From Takakia lepidozioides (taxonomy: Eukaryota > Plantae > Bryophyta), in contig CM060733.1 of NCBI GenBank assembly GCA_030704615.1, positions 8,928,001 to 8,992,000 of the forward strand: 64,000 nucleotides of DNA. The letters run 5' to 3'. Below, piece after piece: positions 36,176 through 48,651 of the stretch. The first letter of the stretch is position 1. Every line of letters begins with the position of its first letter. The translations under genes and the position numbers were made by a program. The notes below the pieces were generated by a model that worked only from the letters and a program-made list of their open reading frames with translations, had not been told where the DNA came from and did not search any database.

Positions 36176-39100
36176 GAGGCTCTCTCTCTCTCTCTCTTTC
36201 TGTTTCTCTATACGCCTCTCCCTGTCCTCTAGGAAGCCTATTGCCATTGGGTGGACTTGATACGGGAGTACATTAATGTCTCTGTGACTAAATGCCGGCC
36301 TTGTGACCTCGTGTCCTTGTTTGTTTCGACCTGAAGCGCTTTGCTCCAGGTAAGGTAGTGCATTGGATTTAGTTGGAAAGCTTGGGCCTTTCCCTCTTTA
36401 GAATATGCCTACACGGGCCATTCCCTGCAACTCCCTGGAGTGTGATCTCTGAATGGTAACAAGCGGACCCCTACCGCTTGGGGGCAGTCGTATGCTCTGT
36501 CTAGCATACTCGGCACTTGGGCTCGGGTTGGTTCCCGTGCTTAAACTTATAGCCTGCGACTACATCAAAATTTTAGCTCCTATCAACATCAACACTCCTC
36601 AGGGTGATTCCTGGGAATTGGTTACTTATGCCAAATCTAGGGCTTCATGTGTAGTTTTTGGGGTGAATCGCAGGATGGACGATGTGTCCTTTAAAACTAC
36701 ATGCTCTAGCTTAGGCTTGGATTTCATGGCTATTGGTACCATCTGGAGACTTGATAACAGGGGTACGTTGAAGGTTGCAATGACCAAAAGTGCTTCTAAT
36801 AGAGTCCCACATCAATTCAATCTCAAAGAAGTTCGTCCCTTGACTGGCTGGAGAGCGGTCTTAGACATTGGTGATTCAATGGGGCGCTCTAGGAAGACAA
36901 CCAAGGGCAAGGACTTCAACTTGAGAGTTTCTAATCGGTTTGATGCTCTGGATGAGGTTGAATCCAAACAGCCGGAAGGACAAGATGCCCCTAAGTGTAC
37001 GGAACCTGAACGGCCTGAATCTGAAGGATTTGGTACTCTGAATGGTTTACCAATCCTCAAGGTTTACACAAGATGAACAAATTCTATACACTGGGTAATT
37101 GTCCCCAAGCCGTCAGATGGACAATCTGTCCCTAAGTGTGCAGAGACTGAACGTCGTGTAACTGAAGGATTTGGTACTCTAAATGGTTTACCAATCCTCA
37201 AAGTCTACACAAGACGAGCAAAATCTATACACGGGGTAATTGTCCCCAAGCAGTTTGACGGACAATCTGTCCCTATGTGTGCGGAGCCTGTGCGTCGTGT
37301 AACTAAAGGATTTGATACCCTGAATGGTTTACCAATTCTCAAAGTTTACACAAGACGAGCAAAATCTACACATGGGGTAATTGTCCCCCCTTTGCAGAAC
37401 GGTTGGCCGTCCAGGAGCAATCACAAGCTACCTAGACGACAAACAATTCCCATGCAAAGGGCTGGCTTGCGGCTGGCCACTTTCAACTTCTCAGGGTTGA
37501 CCAACCAAAGGAAACAACTCGTAAGTGGGACAAGTTCTTCGGACTAATGATATTCATATCTGTGCAAGAAACATGGGAAACGTCGGACAAACTGGTTGGA
37601 GATGTCAATGGTTACAAATGGGCAGGTAAGATGTGTACTCCCAAGGCAGCCTCTGCCAAACGCGGTCAAAAAGGGGCTGGATTCTTTGTCCGTGATTTCT
37701 TGTTTGACAATTGTGAAATTATCAACAAGGGTTTGAGGTACGAGCATAGTATCTGACTAAAACTGAATCTGAAGGGCGGCATGAGTACGAAGGACCTTTT
37801 TGTGGGTTGTGTTTACACGCCCACAGAGGGGACCCTTAGTGCTGACGCAGACAAAGCCTTCGAAGATGTAAAGCTGGACTGTGCTTCGTTCCTTGCCAAA
37901 GGTCAGGTGGTGCTATTGGGTGACTTCAATGCCCGGGTGGGCAAAGGGCTCCATCAGGACGATATCATTGGGCCTTTTTGTGAGGACGAGCTGAATTCTA
38001 ATGGCAGACGGTTAATTAATTGTCTGGAAGAGCTTCAGCTTTTGACCTTGAATAACAGGACAAGAGGTGACCAAGTGCAGTGGACTCGTGAGAAATCCCA
38101 AACTGGGAACGTTCCATTGTGGACTATATCATAATGGACAAAAATTTGTTCCCCCAGTGTGCCAATGTGTTGATCGACAGAACTGATATTGGTACCTCTG
38201 ACCACTTCCTGGTTTGGAGACAATTAGTTTCCTCCCAATGATCTTGTCAGCCACGGAGGAAACGGAACTCTCCCAAGAGTCCACTGCTCTTTCGACTTCA
38301 TTTCTTGCGTTGTCAGAGCGAGACTGAAGTTCTTGGAGTGATTGGACAAAATGAGGGAGAGCCTCTTGCAAGGCCTGGACGTACTCAGCCTTGACCTCCT
38401 CATTATGGAATTTTTCTATGCGCCACTTCCGAATCGAATGTTTCACAGATCTCTTGGTGTTGGGAAAACACCTTTTGATCTGCGGTAGAGCTGTTAATTG
38501 GTGGACCAATGAGATTAAACTCAAGATAGCTGAGAGACGAGCCCTCTATAAAGAGTGCTGCAATTTGAAAACCAACAGAGAATTGTGGGCGAGGTACTAC
38601 CAGCTCCGTAAAGATATCAATCACCTTGTTAGGTCTCAGAAGAAATTATACTGGGACAAGTTATACAGTGAAATAAACTCAAACCACCATGGTGGTAATG
38701 ACAAGAAATTCTGGTTGGCCCTCAACGTTTGTACAAGCCGAAAAACGGTCAGCAAGTACAAGCGCTGAAGACTACTAAAGGTGCAGTGGTGACTTCAACG
38801 GTTGACTTGAAACTCACTACAGTATCCTTGGCAGAACTTCTAGGTCTAACAGTGAGGGGTCTTCTGCTGAATGGAGGGACACAGTTGGAAAAACTGTTCC
38901 TATGATTCAAAACAGCCCTGATGAACTGGAGCATATTTCAATGGCTTATAATGCTCCCATTAGTTCTTCTGAGATTGTGGAAGCAATTGAACATTTAAAT
39001 GGATATAAAGCTGGTGGACCTGATGGTATTGTCAACGAGCTTATCAAGCACGGTGGCGATCCCATGATAGAGGCCCTAGTTCTCTTCTTTAGCCTTATCT

Positions 39101-40790
39101 GGAAGACTGAAATGAACCCCTTTCACTGGCGACAAAGGATCATTGTCAAAGGGTGACAGAGAAGAACCGGGGAACTACTGTGGCATCACGCTCCTCAATG
39201 TTGTCGGCAAGACATTCTGCAGAGTTATAAGTACTCGTCTTGAGGTTGATCTGGAGTCTAGAGATTGTTTCTACGAAGGCCAAGCTGGCTTTCAGCGAAA
39301 CAAGGGCTGTGTGGATCATATCTTCACTCTAAGCCAGATTATCCAGGGAAGGAAAAAAGAAGGGAAACCCACTTATGTTTTTTCCTGGATGTCAAAAAGG
39401 CTTATGACACAGTGTGTCCGCATCTGGTCTTGTGGGATCAAGGGAAAGATGTGGAGAGTTGTCCACAACTTGTATGCTCACACCAAAAGTTGTGTCATTG
39501 TTAACGGACAGAAGTCCAACTTCTTTGACATAGACCAAGGTGTAGCTCAAGGATGTACTCTCTCCCCTCTGCTCTTCAATGTTTTCATCAATCAACTCCT
39601 CGAGGATGTGGAAAGTGAGGGATTTGGGTTAAGGGTGGGTGATACCACCATACCAGCCCTTATGTTTGCGGATGACTTCGCAGGCATAGGGGAGACTCCA
39701 ACCAATCTCCAGGAGTTGATTGATTGCGCGAAGAGATACTTTGATCTTTGGGGGCTAGAGGCTAATGTCAGCAAATGTGCAGTGGTAGCATTCAACGACA
39801 GAGGGGAGGGAGGAAGTGATCTTAAGTGGCAGTGGGGTAGCCAAGTGATCCCGGTCCTCCCTTCCTACACTTACCTGGGCGTTGAGTTTTCCTCCAATTG
39901 TAATTGGGATGCACATATCCGGAAAGTTGTTCAAACTGGCAAAGGCAAAGCTCTGGGGCTCACTAAATTTTTCCACTGCAGAGGGGTCAACTCTGAGGTT
40001 AAGAAAACCATGCTTTGTCGCGTTATTAGACCTGCCTTGGAGTACGGATCTGCAATATGGGTTGATAACTCCAACCAGGCTAAGTCTCTAGAATCCATTC
40101 AAGTGGGGGTGCTTAAGGAGTGTATGTCAGCATGCTCCAAAACAGCCAATGTGGCTGTTCGGGGTGAGTTTGGCATTCCATCCTTAAGCTCCCGACGAGA
40201 TGAATTCAACGTCAGATGGTGGGGTCAGCTGCAATATATGCCCAACACCAGATATCCTAAGTTAATCGACTTTATATCTTGGAAACAGGACCGCCCTGTC
40301 AAACAAGCTAAGTCCTGGCAGAAGAGAGTAGAAGAGATTCTCAAGGACCTGGACCTGGATCCGCAAGTCTTGACCCTGCTGGATAAATCTGACTTAGAGG
40401 CTGTAGTGTCCAAAGCCATGTCTGTTGCCATGAGATTGTCTGACGAAAATGAAGTTACACAGAAAACTTCCCCGAACTTGTTTCCAGTCAGTGACATGGG
40501 GGAGGACATCTTGGATGACCTCAAGGGTCTACCCACTCTCAGCACTAGACTGAAATTTAAACTCAGAGCAGGAAGCCTACCTTTGAATAGCAAACAGAAG
40601 CAGAGAGGAAAGGGAGAGTGCAAATTGCCCGTTGTGTGGGCAATCAGAACACAATATTCATTTTCTGATACATTGTCCGGGGTTCTCTCACCAAAGAGAC
40701 GCTCTCTTCAAATCTATCAAGGGAATTGTGCCTGTACTGCAAGGACTTAATAGCAGACAATGGAAAAGAGTGGCGGAGAAAATCCTCAAC
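36176..40790 (+). mobile_element. Degenerate LINE (ORF1-like 36453-37076, APE endonuclease ~37460-38220, RT ~38900-40230)
   Basis: APE motifs RLATFNFSGL, VQETW, VLLGDFNARVG and SDHFLVW. RT motifs GVAQGCTLSPLLFNVFI, LMFADD and YTYLGV. The 5' end lies beside a (CT)n tract. Both ends are approximate. Confidence 0.88.
36978..37390 (+). repeat. Three tandem 141-bp (47-codon) repeats between LINE ORF1 and the endonuclease
   Basis: Units start at 36978, 37119 and 37260 and each encodes GF[G/D]TLNGLPILKVYTR. Confidence 0.9.
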
Positions 40791-42726
40791 AGGGACATTT
40801 GCATTCGGGGAATGAAATTCAAGGGCGCGGACAAATCCAAAAACACAATGAGCGCGTATATTGACCAAATGAAATTGCGACGGTTTATTATCGACGATGT
40901 AATGGAAGTCTTAGGGTGGCCTCGGAGGAGCAAACAGAACCCGGAACCGTGCACCAAACTGGAGTGGTGTGATGTGAAAAAAAATACAACTTCAACAAAG
41001 TTGAAACTTTTCGAGATCGGCTCGGGAACGACTACATTGTAAGCAAACAGAAGATGAATATGGAGACGCAGCCAATGACTGCTGCCTTCAAAAAGTATGT
41101 CTTGTCGTGCAAACAGACCTTTGATGATAACCAGAATGCCCTGACGATTCTATATACGAACTTCAGGTCCCATTACACACAGCTGGGGGGAAATCAAAAA
41201 TTTGTTGATGCCAAATCACGGTCGGGACTTGCACCGATGAAACGGTTTGATGGCATATCGATGGTGTTCGTCAATACAGTTTGTGATTATGACTCTATTG
41301 TCTTCGAGGCAAATGACTACTCCAATATCCTGCATGCTTTTGTGGCTAGGAAGCTCATGTCCAGTGCTTTTGTGTTTTTCTCGACACAAGAATTATCGAA
41401 AAATCTTGTGTCATACATCCGGAATGGTCCTGGATCAAAGTCGTCTATTGTCCGATAGGGTTATTACATTCCCGGCGAGTTTGAATCACCTTACAAGAGC
41501 TGCACGACTATATTCTCCCAGACGGTTCTCTGCCTCGACTACGTATTTCCGGCAACAGCTGAGGAGATGGTGAATCCGGACGATCACATTCAAACTGTTT
41601 TGTTAACACCGGACCCAATTAATCCCATTATCCAAGGACCAGATGTAGACCCGACCTCACAGGAGAAGGAGTGCGAGACCATGAGCTTAGGGCGGACACC
41701 TACAATTACCTGGTTTTTTTTTTTGCAGGGACGGGATGTCTTGTGTGAACGTTTTCGGAGGAATGGCAATGACATACGTTCTGCTTGTAAGGGGATTCTG
41801 CTTCGTTTTTGGAAATTTTCTGTGGTTGCAGTTTGCCGGATTCAACTCTCCTATTTTTTCTACGTTGTCGGAATAGAGTGTTTAACCAGTGTCTATTTTC
41901 TACTATTGTGAACCTCCACTGGACAGTGGAAGTTCATGTTTTGGAGTTATGGGTGTTTTGGGTGTTTGTTATTCGGGAGTTTGGTGTGTTTGCCAGTTGT
42001 CTCAAAAGAAAGCCTAACCCTTTCAATTTTTTGATGGTTGCAGTTCGTCAGATTTATTTTATTTCATTGTTTGGTTTCATTGCAAGAAAGAAATATTCGT
42101 GTGCTTGACATAAACTATGTAACGAAAAAGAAATTTTGTAGAAGCAAGGTGGAGGCTTATTTCAAGACGCTTCAAATGATAATCAGACTATCACCGGAGA
42201 CAGAGATGACGGAGACTCACTGCAGGATGACGAAGTGGACAAAGAAGAGGATGAGGAAGGACACGACAAAGAGCAGGACGAGAAAAAAGAGGAGAAACAA
42301 GAACAGGAGGAGGAGGAGGAGGAGGAGAAAGACGAACATGAAGACGAAGATGAGAACATGAAAATCGTCACCGAAGACCAGGGGCAGATGCGACTGATGT
42401 GGGAAAGGGAAAGAGAGGGCCAGGAAATTTTCGGGTTGGATACACTCGGTAGTACTCCAAATACCCAAGAACACGTTGCGCCAAAAAGTGTACACAATCT
42501 GGACAGCTTTTCCTCCAGTTCTGATAACACCACGAATCAAAATCCGGTTTCTCCAAGGGGGCAAGAAGCGACATCGACGGAGTTAGTTGAACCCTTAGCT
42601 CAAGGGTTCACACCTGTGGAAGGTGACGAGCCATTGATTATGTCACCAGATCCCGTTAACAATCCTCAAGAGGTGGTGTCCCATAATGTCACCCAGGAAG
42701 TGGTTCTGGATGTAGGTAACGAATGA
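40790..42726 (+). pseudogene. Fragmented unknown gene with a possible degenerate amino-(N4/N6)-methyltransferase-like fold followed by an acidic tract
   Basis: The frame-corrected reading DGISMVFVNTV...ELRADTYNYLV/FFCRDGMSCVNVFGGMAMTYVLL|intron|ERNIRVLDINY follows the order and spacing of beta-class MTase motifs IV, X-I and II. The catalytic DPPY/SPPY motif is not conserved. An E/D-rich tract lies at 42200-42360. Confidence 0.35.
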
Positions 42727-43687
42727 CAATTAGTGAATTTTTATTCGTACACACTTCAGCATACAGTATGAGAATATTGTAATTATACGTACTTGTGAGT
42801 GGAATAAACCAAATGTTTTTTCCATTTCCTTTGTTCTGGACTTTCGAATAAAACATAATTCCACCCGGATACATATTTCCGTTCGCACATCCTTGTGGAC
42901 AACCACTAACTGTTTCGATACTTTTCTTGTAGATCTAATAATCCCAATCGGAGGAAATGACACACACACGAACTGGCTCAAATGAGACTCAAACGGTGAA
43001 GAGACACGTGGATCTGACAGTGAGGGCCAGGTCACCTGAGCTGGTTCCGCAAGTAACCTCCACTGTCCAGTCGACATTGCCATCTGCAGGGAATGAGTCG
43101 GAGAATCCTCCTACTCGCGGGGAGGGAGAAGAGACAGAGCAGCACAAGCGCGTAATCCAACAACGGATCTCATCTTCGGTATTGCTCAATTCGGTAATTT
43201 TGTCGGATCATTTTGACCACCATACTCCTCATCCGTGAGATTCCTTAATTTCATGTAGATTCGTGAGACGACGTCTGAGGAGATCAAACACTCACGGACC
43301 GACTCCAACGAGACTGAGACGGTGAAGAGAAGAGTGGATCAGACAGTCACTGTCGCACATCTGATCCGGTTTTGCAAGTAACCTCCACTGGACAGTCAAG
43401 GTTGGCATCTGGTGCCACAGAGATGGAGGATACCGTTTCCCGTAGAGATGGGAAAGAGGAGGAGTAGCCTGCTCAAGGATCCTAGCAGCCCCTACCAAAA
43501 AACAGTAATGCTTTCAACTTCATTTTTTCATTTCTCTACATTGGGATTACTGAAATTGAAATTAATAATGAACTCTTCTGTTATTCCACAAGACAACATG
43601 CATTACCCTCCAGTCGACTATTCCATTTCTGTCAATCCAAACGATCTGCATTCCCTTCCTTGGGGACCGAACGGATGCCGGCCAGGA

Positions 43688-44400
43688 TACTACGTCCTGG
43701 TTCTGGACATCGGTTACCTTTGTGAGGTTTACCTAAAAGATGGAAAGAAATCCCCTCCTGCCACCCAGCCTTGTATCTCCGCAGGGAAATTCAAGTTAGC
43801 TGCACGAAACGGTCTTGACGAATTCATTAAGTAGGCCGTCAAAAAGTTTGCAGTTTGTTTTTGGAACACGAGACCTGAAATGAACGTCGAGACTATCACC
43901 AAGGCCGTGTTTGGGAAGTACTATTCCCAGTTCAGAACTTACAGCAGTGACAATTCCGTCATGCATAGATCGACATTCAACGAAAAATGGCCTAAAGCTC
44001 CCAAAAATCCCATCTACTTTAAACATCTTTACGACATTTTCGCTGAGGAAGACCCGACAACTTACAAATCCAATACTCTCCTCATCGACACCGTAGACAA
44101 TATGTACAAGTCTTACTTGAACCCGTTAGGACATACCATCTTTCTTCCAAAATATAAAACGTTCGTGGACCCTGACATAGATAAGTTTCTACTGGAAGAA
44201 CTCAAGCATTACCTTAAATGTTCCGGTTATCCGGGATGGATGTCATGCCATTCAATGAGCTACATCCATTCGGCTTTACGAAGGATTTCTTCGAGGACGA
44301 CCCAGCGGTCAAATTTCTTAGAGACTTTGATTGTAGGTGGCAGAAGTTCCTTAGCAATCACGAGTTGCGTGCCGCTGCATTGGGACATAAAATATTTTAA
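43688..44400 (+). pseudogene. FCP1/NIF-type HAD phosphatase-like domain 1 (stop at 43832, frameshift ~44218)
   Basis: VLVLDIG...ARNGLDEFIK*AVKKFAVCFWNT...PIYFKHL...SNTLLID...YKSYLNP...ELKHYLK...HPFG follows the NIF pattern LVLDL..RP..DEFL..F.V.IWSS..K.L..NTLLIDDSPYK...NP. Confidence 0.75.
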
Positions 44401-44551
44401 TTGAGTTTGGTGAACCTCGGCTGTCTAGTGGACGTTCTTGTTCACTTGCCCGGTGTCGGTTTTTCCAATGCATTGTACTGTTCTTTTTTTATCATCCTAA
44501 ATATGAATGACTCTCTGGTAGATTGGAGCACCTGTTTTTCCTCCTACGCAA

Positions 44552-45170
44552 GGGTTGCGTTTGATTATTTTTGACGTGAATGGAGTCTTCTGCAAAATCT
44601 TGAAGCACTAGAAGAGCTACAATGTCCCCCGGTTTTCAGAATCGGACTATAGAATTCCAGCTCTTGTCGGATTCCGACTTGTCTTTAGACGGGAGAAATA
44701 TCGCGAACTGTGGACAGAGTTGCACAAACACTTCCGGTTAGGGATTTGGAGCTCTATGATGTACAAGAACTTGCAACCCATCCTAGATTTTTTGCTTCGT
44801 GGTCTCCCTCAACCGGCCTTCGTTATGTCTCAAGAGAATTGTATTTCATGTCCTACTTCGGTTCACCCTCAATTCAAATCAGGATTGGACCCTCCTCATT
44901 TGTTTTTGAAGCCACTGGTCAAGGTCTGGTAGAGATTTGGTGGACAATACACCAAGAGTAACACTCTGCTCATTGACGACACCGCCATGAAGTGTGTATT
45001 GAACCTGTCTAACTCATGTCTTGTTCTCAAACCGTTCCAGACCGTGGAGACTGATGGTTGCTATCTTCTCAAGGTTCTTCAGACCTATTTGCTTGGAATG
45101 AAGAAACATCCCACTGTTTCAAGCTATGTTAGGAAAAAAAAAAATAGGGTTGAGTTTTTTTCCCAATGTT
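44552..45170 (+). pseudogene. FCP1/NIF-type HAD phosphatase-like domain 2 (stops at 44609 and 44930)
   Basis: LIIFDVNGVFC...LVFRR...HFRLGIWSSMMYKNLQPILDFL...VMSQENC...LFLKPLVKVW*...YTKSNTLLIDDTAMKCVLN...LQTYL, read in one frame. Confidence 0.82.
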
Positions 45171-46838
45171 TCAAACGATCCCAAGTTTAGCACACTTTGG
45201 GATTTTATTGAGGACAACGGTTTTAAGAGTCTCAGATATGATGCTTCAAAATAAATTATTTTTGATCAATCCCATCTCACTCGAACTATTGAATATCTTC
45301 ATGGTTTCTGATTTTCATTGCCTTATAATCATACACGTATTAGATATGGTACTCTCATTTTCACTCATTTTCTGTTGAATTCTTGATGCACATTCCGGGC
45401 AATCCCAAGATTCTGATGTAGGCATTCATACGGGGACATGACTATATCTAGTGACCTCCACTGTTCAGTGGAGGTTCACATTCCTGCACTCCCGGATTTA
45501 TGATTATGTCTCTTTGGCAGGTTCAAGGAGATACTGACGACATCAACGGTTCCTCAAGTCCCCTAATGGAACCCTCCGGATCACTAGTGAGTCGGAGTAT
45601 TGAAGGCTTTCCGAGGGTTCACGATGGTGCTCAAATTGAGGGTGGATCCTCGGTCAGACCCTTCTCCTCTCGGGAAGCGGGCGACACTCTTATCCTCTCG
45701 GGTCCTCCTGGGTGTAAAGTCCAAGGTGCAAGTGAAGAACAGAAATATCCCGAAAACTTTATCGACATTTCCCAACATTCCTCACCCTCCCCGTTCAGTA
45801 CGCAGGGTCTGGTCTATCCAACCCGTAGGGCAACCGTCGGGGACTTGGCTGCGGCTCCGCTGCATCTTGTTCCAACTCTTCCTCGCATATTTCCCCAGCA
45901 TGAGGGTTGGACAGCCCAAATCCGCAGGAGTCAGGTGACTTAAGCTCATTTCTTGCTCCTTGCTCATTCTCCTAGTTTCACTTAGTTTGGGGTCTGATAT
46001 TCATCTGTCGCTCCAGGTTAGAAAATTTGCAGATTATGACCTTCCTGTCAAACGACGTCTGCATTGGAATGCAGTTCCGAGGTAAATTATTCCTTCGTTG
46101 TGTTTTCATTCCATCCAGGATGTCGAGTGCTCAAGGGACAATTTTCTGTCCTTGCCTGTTGTTGCCTCTCCACTCCCCCCGTCGTTCAATGGCAACATAT
46201 CTCAAACATCGACACAGCTTGACCCTGAACTGGTGGCACAATGTTCTGCACCAAAGAGATGAAAAAGAGCCCCCGAGCCATTTCCTTCCTCTGCAGGAAA
46301 TCTTTCCAATGGACAAAAGGCTGACAAGAAAAAAAAAGCAGATTTCAAACACATGAGGACTCCCTCGGATGTTGTGGCGCCTCGTCAATCCAAGCCCGCG
46401 GGAATCCACTAATCCTCTGCGAGACCTTCAATGGTAAATTTCAAAACCATTTCTCCACTTTCGTTTGCACTTTGTTTTGCGGTCCCAAACTAACTCCGTA
46501 ATTTTTATACAAGCGAGTATGGAGACGCAGAACTTCTTGAATACGCCTCCCGACAAGGTGCGTCCACGAACCTCCACTTGACAGCCGACGTTCATCTTTT
46601 GATGATCTCCAACTGTTCGATATATCATCTACTCTTGGTCCTTTACAGTAGTCCATTGTCGGGACACTTATGTCTCAGCAAACGTAGAGGTCACTTTGAA
46701 ACTAATAAACACTACATCGGGTTGTTTCTGATGGCGGGAACACTGAAATTTATTTCCTTAAATTGCGCAGGATGGCATCGTCCATCAACCTTCATCTGCT
46801 ACATCGGGGAAGAGGAAATGGATGTTGTTAATATTGAG

Positions 46839-48651
46839 TGTTAACGGACTCCTCTGCTACCGGTCACCTCCAACCGACGGTGAATTGTTTAAGGAAAGAT
46901 TTCGTTTAAGGAAAGTTACAGTTCATGTTCTCGACAGGGTATGTTAAAGGTACGTTAAATGGTATGTAGATTAGTAAGTCAAGTAGTAAGTAACCTTTCA
47001 TATCTCATAGACTAGAGACACTTTTGAAGAGATGTAGGTATGTTCAGAGATTTTAATACAACGCTTCTATTCTGTCTCAACTCTCTCTCTTTCTTGTATG
47101 CTTACAGATTGAGTCTATACAATGATTAGATTCTAACATGGTATCGGGCCTCTATAATAGTTAATATAGAACGATCCGATGGGACGAGACTCCTTGTTTA
47201 AAATTGACCTTAGCATTCTATGAGTTTCCTGAGCCATATAAAATGTATGCATTCAGAAAACATAGGGTCCTAAAATTCTATAGGATTGAGTAAATCCTAA
47301 ACAAGAGCAACAATGGCATCATCCTCGTCTGATCAAAGAACCGTAGAGAAATTAGATGGTTCTAACTATCAAACCTAGAAGATTAGATTATCCTATCTTT
47401 TTTAAAAAGAAAGATTGTGGGATTTAATCATAGGTACTGAAATCAAACCTAGCACAAATACCTCCCCAGGTGGAACACTCACAAATCCACCAAGCACTGG
47501 TGTAGGTTTCATAGTCAACTGGGAAGATAGAGATATGACAACACAATAATTTGATGATCATAGATAGTGTTAAAACACTTGTCTCGGTCATGCGACCTCT
47601 GCACTCACAACAAGTGGGAATTGGGTAGCATTACAAAGAGTTTATCAAACAAATGACATGATGAATAAATGTCATCTTAGAAAACAATATGTAAATTCCA
47701 GTTTGAGAGAAAGAAGTGATATTAAAATTCACTTTCATGAATTTAGACCTCTAGGGTCAGTGGGGGTCACATATTCAGATGAAGACAATGTAGAGACGCT
47801 CTTAAGTGTCTCAAGTAGTCTTCCAGAATCATACGAGCCCATGATTATGACCTTGAGTAATCAATTCGGATTAACCCTTGATGGTGAAGCCAAATTATTG
47901 ACTGACGACATTCATAGAAAGAAGAATGGTGACTTATCTGCAAACACAGATGGAGTCACGACATTCTGGGCTGGCAGGAAGCCAAACCAAAAGAGGCAGA
48001 TAACTGGATCTCAAGGAGGATCAACTAATTACCCTGTCAACCAAGGTCAGCTGAGTGGTATTAACAATTCTCAGTCAACCCTCAATCTATACACCAGATG
48101 GAAAAGAGAAGGAAAGAACCTTGCCATTATTGTCATAAGATGGGGCACATTAAAAAAGAGTGCCAAAAGCTACTAGCAGACCAGAAGACGTCCAAAGTTC
48201 AGTCTGGGTCTCCAGAGAACATAAGATATTTACGCTATCTCGAGGGTTTACCGTAAATGAGATTTTCATTGAATGGCTCTTGGATTCAGGAGCTACTGAT
48301 CACATGACTTCTCATCGACATTGGTTTTTGACTTATGAACATTTAAAACCGCGAGATAGTGTCTACCTCGGAGACAATTCCCACCACTCAATCCATGGCA
48401 AAGGAGATGTTGCCATCAGACTCTTGACTGGCGACGTGAAGATCATACAAGACGTATATCATGTCCTAGCATTATGTCAGAATTTAATCTCGGTGAGTCG
48501 AGTAGTCGATGCCAGTCACAAAATCACATTCTCTAAGCAGCAAGTAATCTTGGAGGGCTTTGGTGGACAGTTGATCATCTTGAATGAGGTTTCCCACGGT
48601 GGTCTCTATAAAGTTGGCACATTGAGTCTATAGAATGATTAGATTCTAACA
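46839..48651 (+). mobile_element. Internally deleted Ty1/copia element (5' LTR ~46839-47138, gag, protease, last 31 bp of the 3' LTR)
   Basis: ...GATTCTAACA is followed by PBS-like TGGTATC. Gag EKLDGSNYQT and SLPESYEPMI and protease WLLDSGATDHMT, VYLGDN are present. ATTGAGTCTATA.AATGATTAGATTCTAACA recurs at 48621-48651. Imperfect TSD TTGAG/TTGAT; an alternative LTR start at 46942 is possible. Confidence 0.85.

Noticed and set aside
42038-42564. Arg/Lys-rich and Ser/Leu-rich ORFs
   Set aside because: Alternative frames of the GAG/GAA-rich acidic tract.
41908-46594. CRISPR-like interpretation of the palindromic repeats
   Set aside because: Spacing is 0.3-1.1 kb and irregular, the context is eukaryotic, and no cas genes are present.
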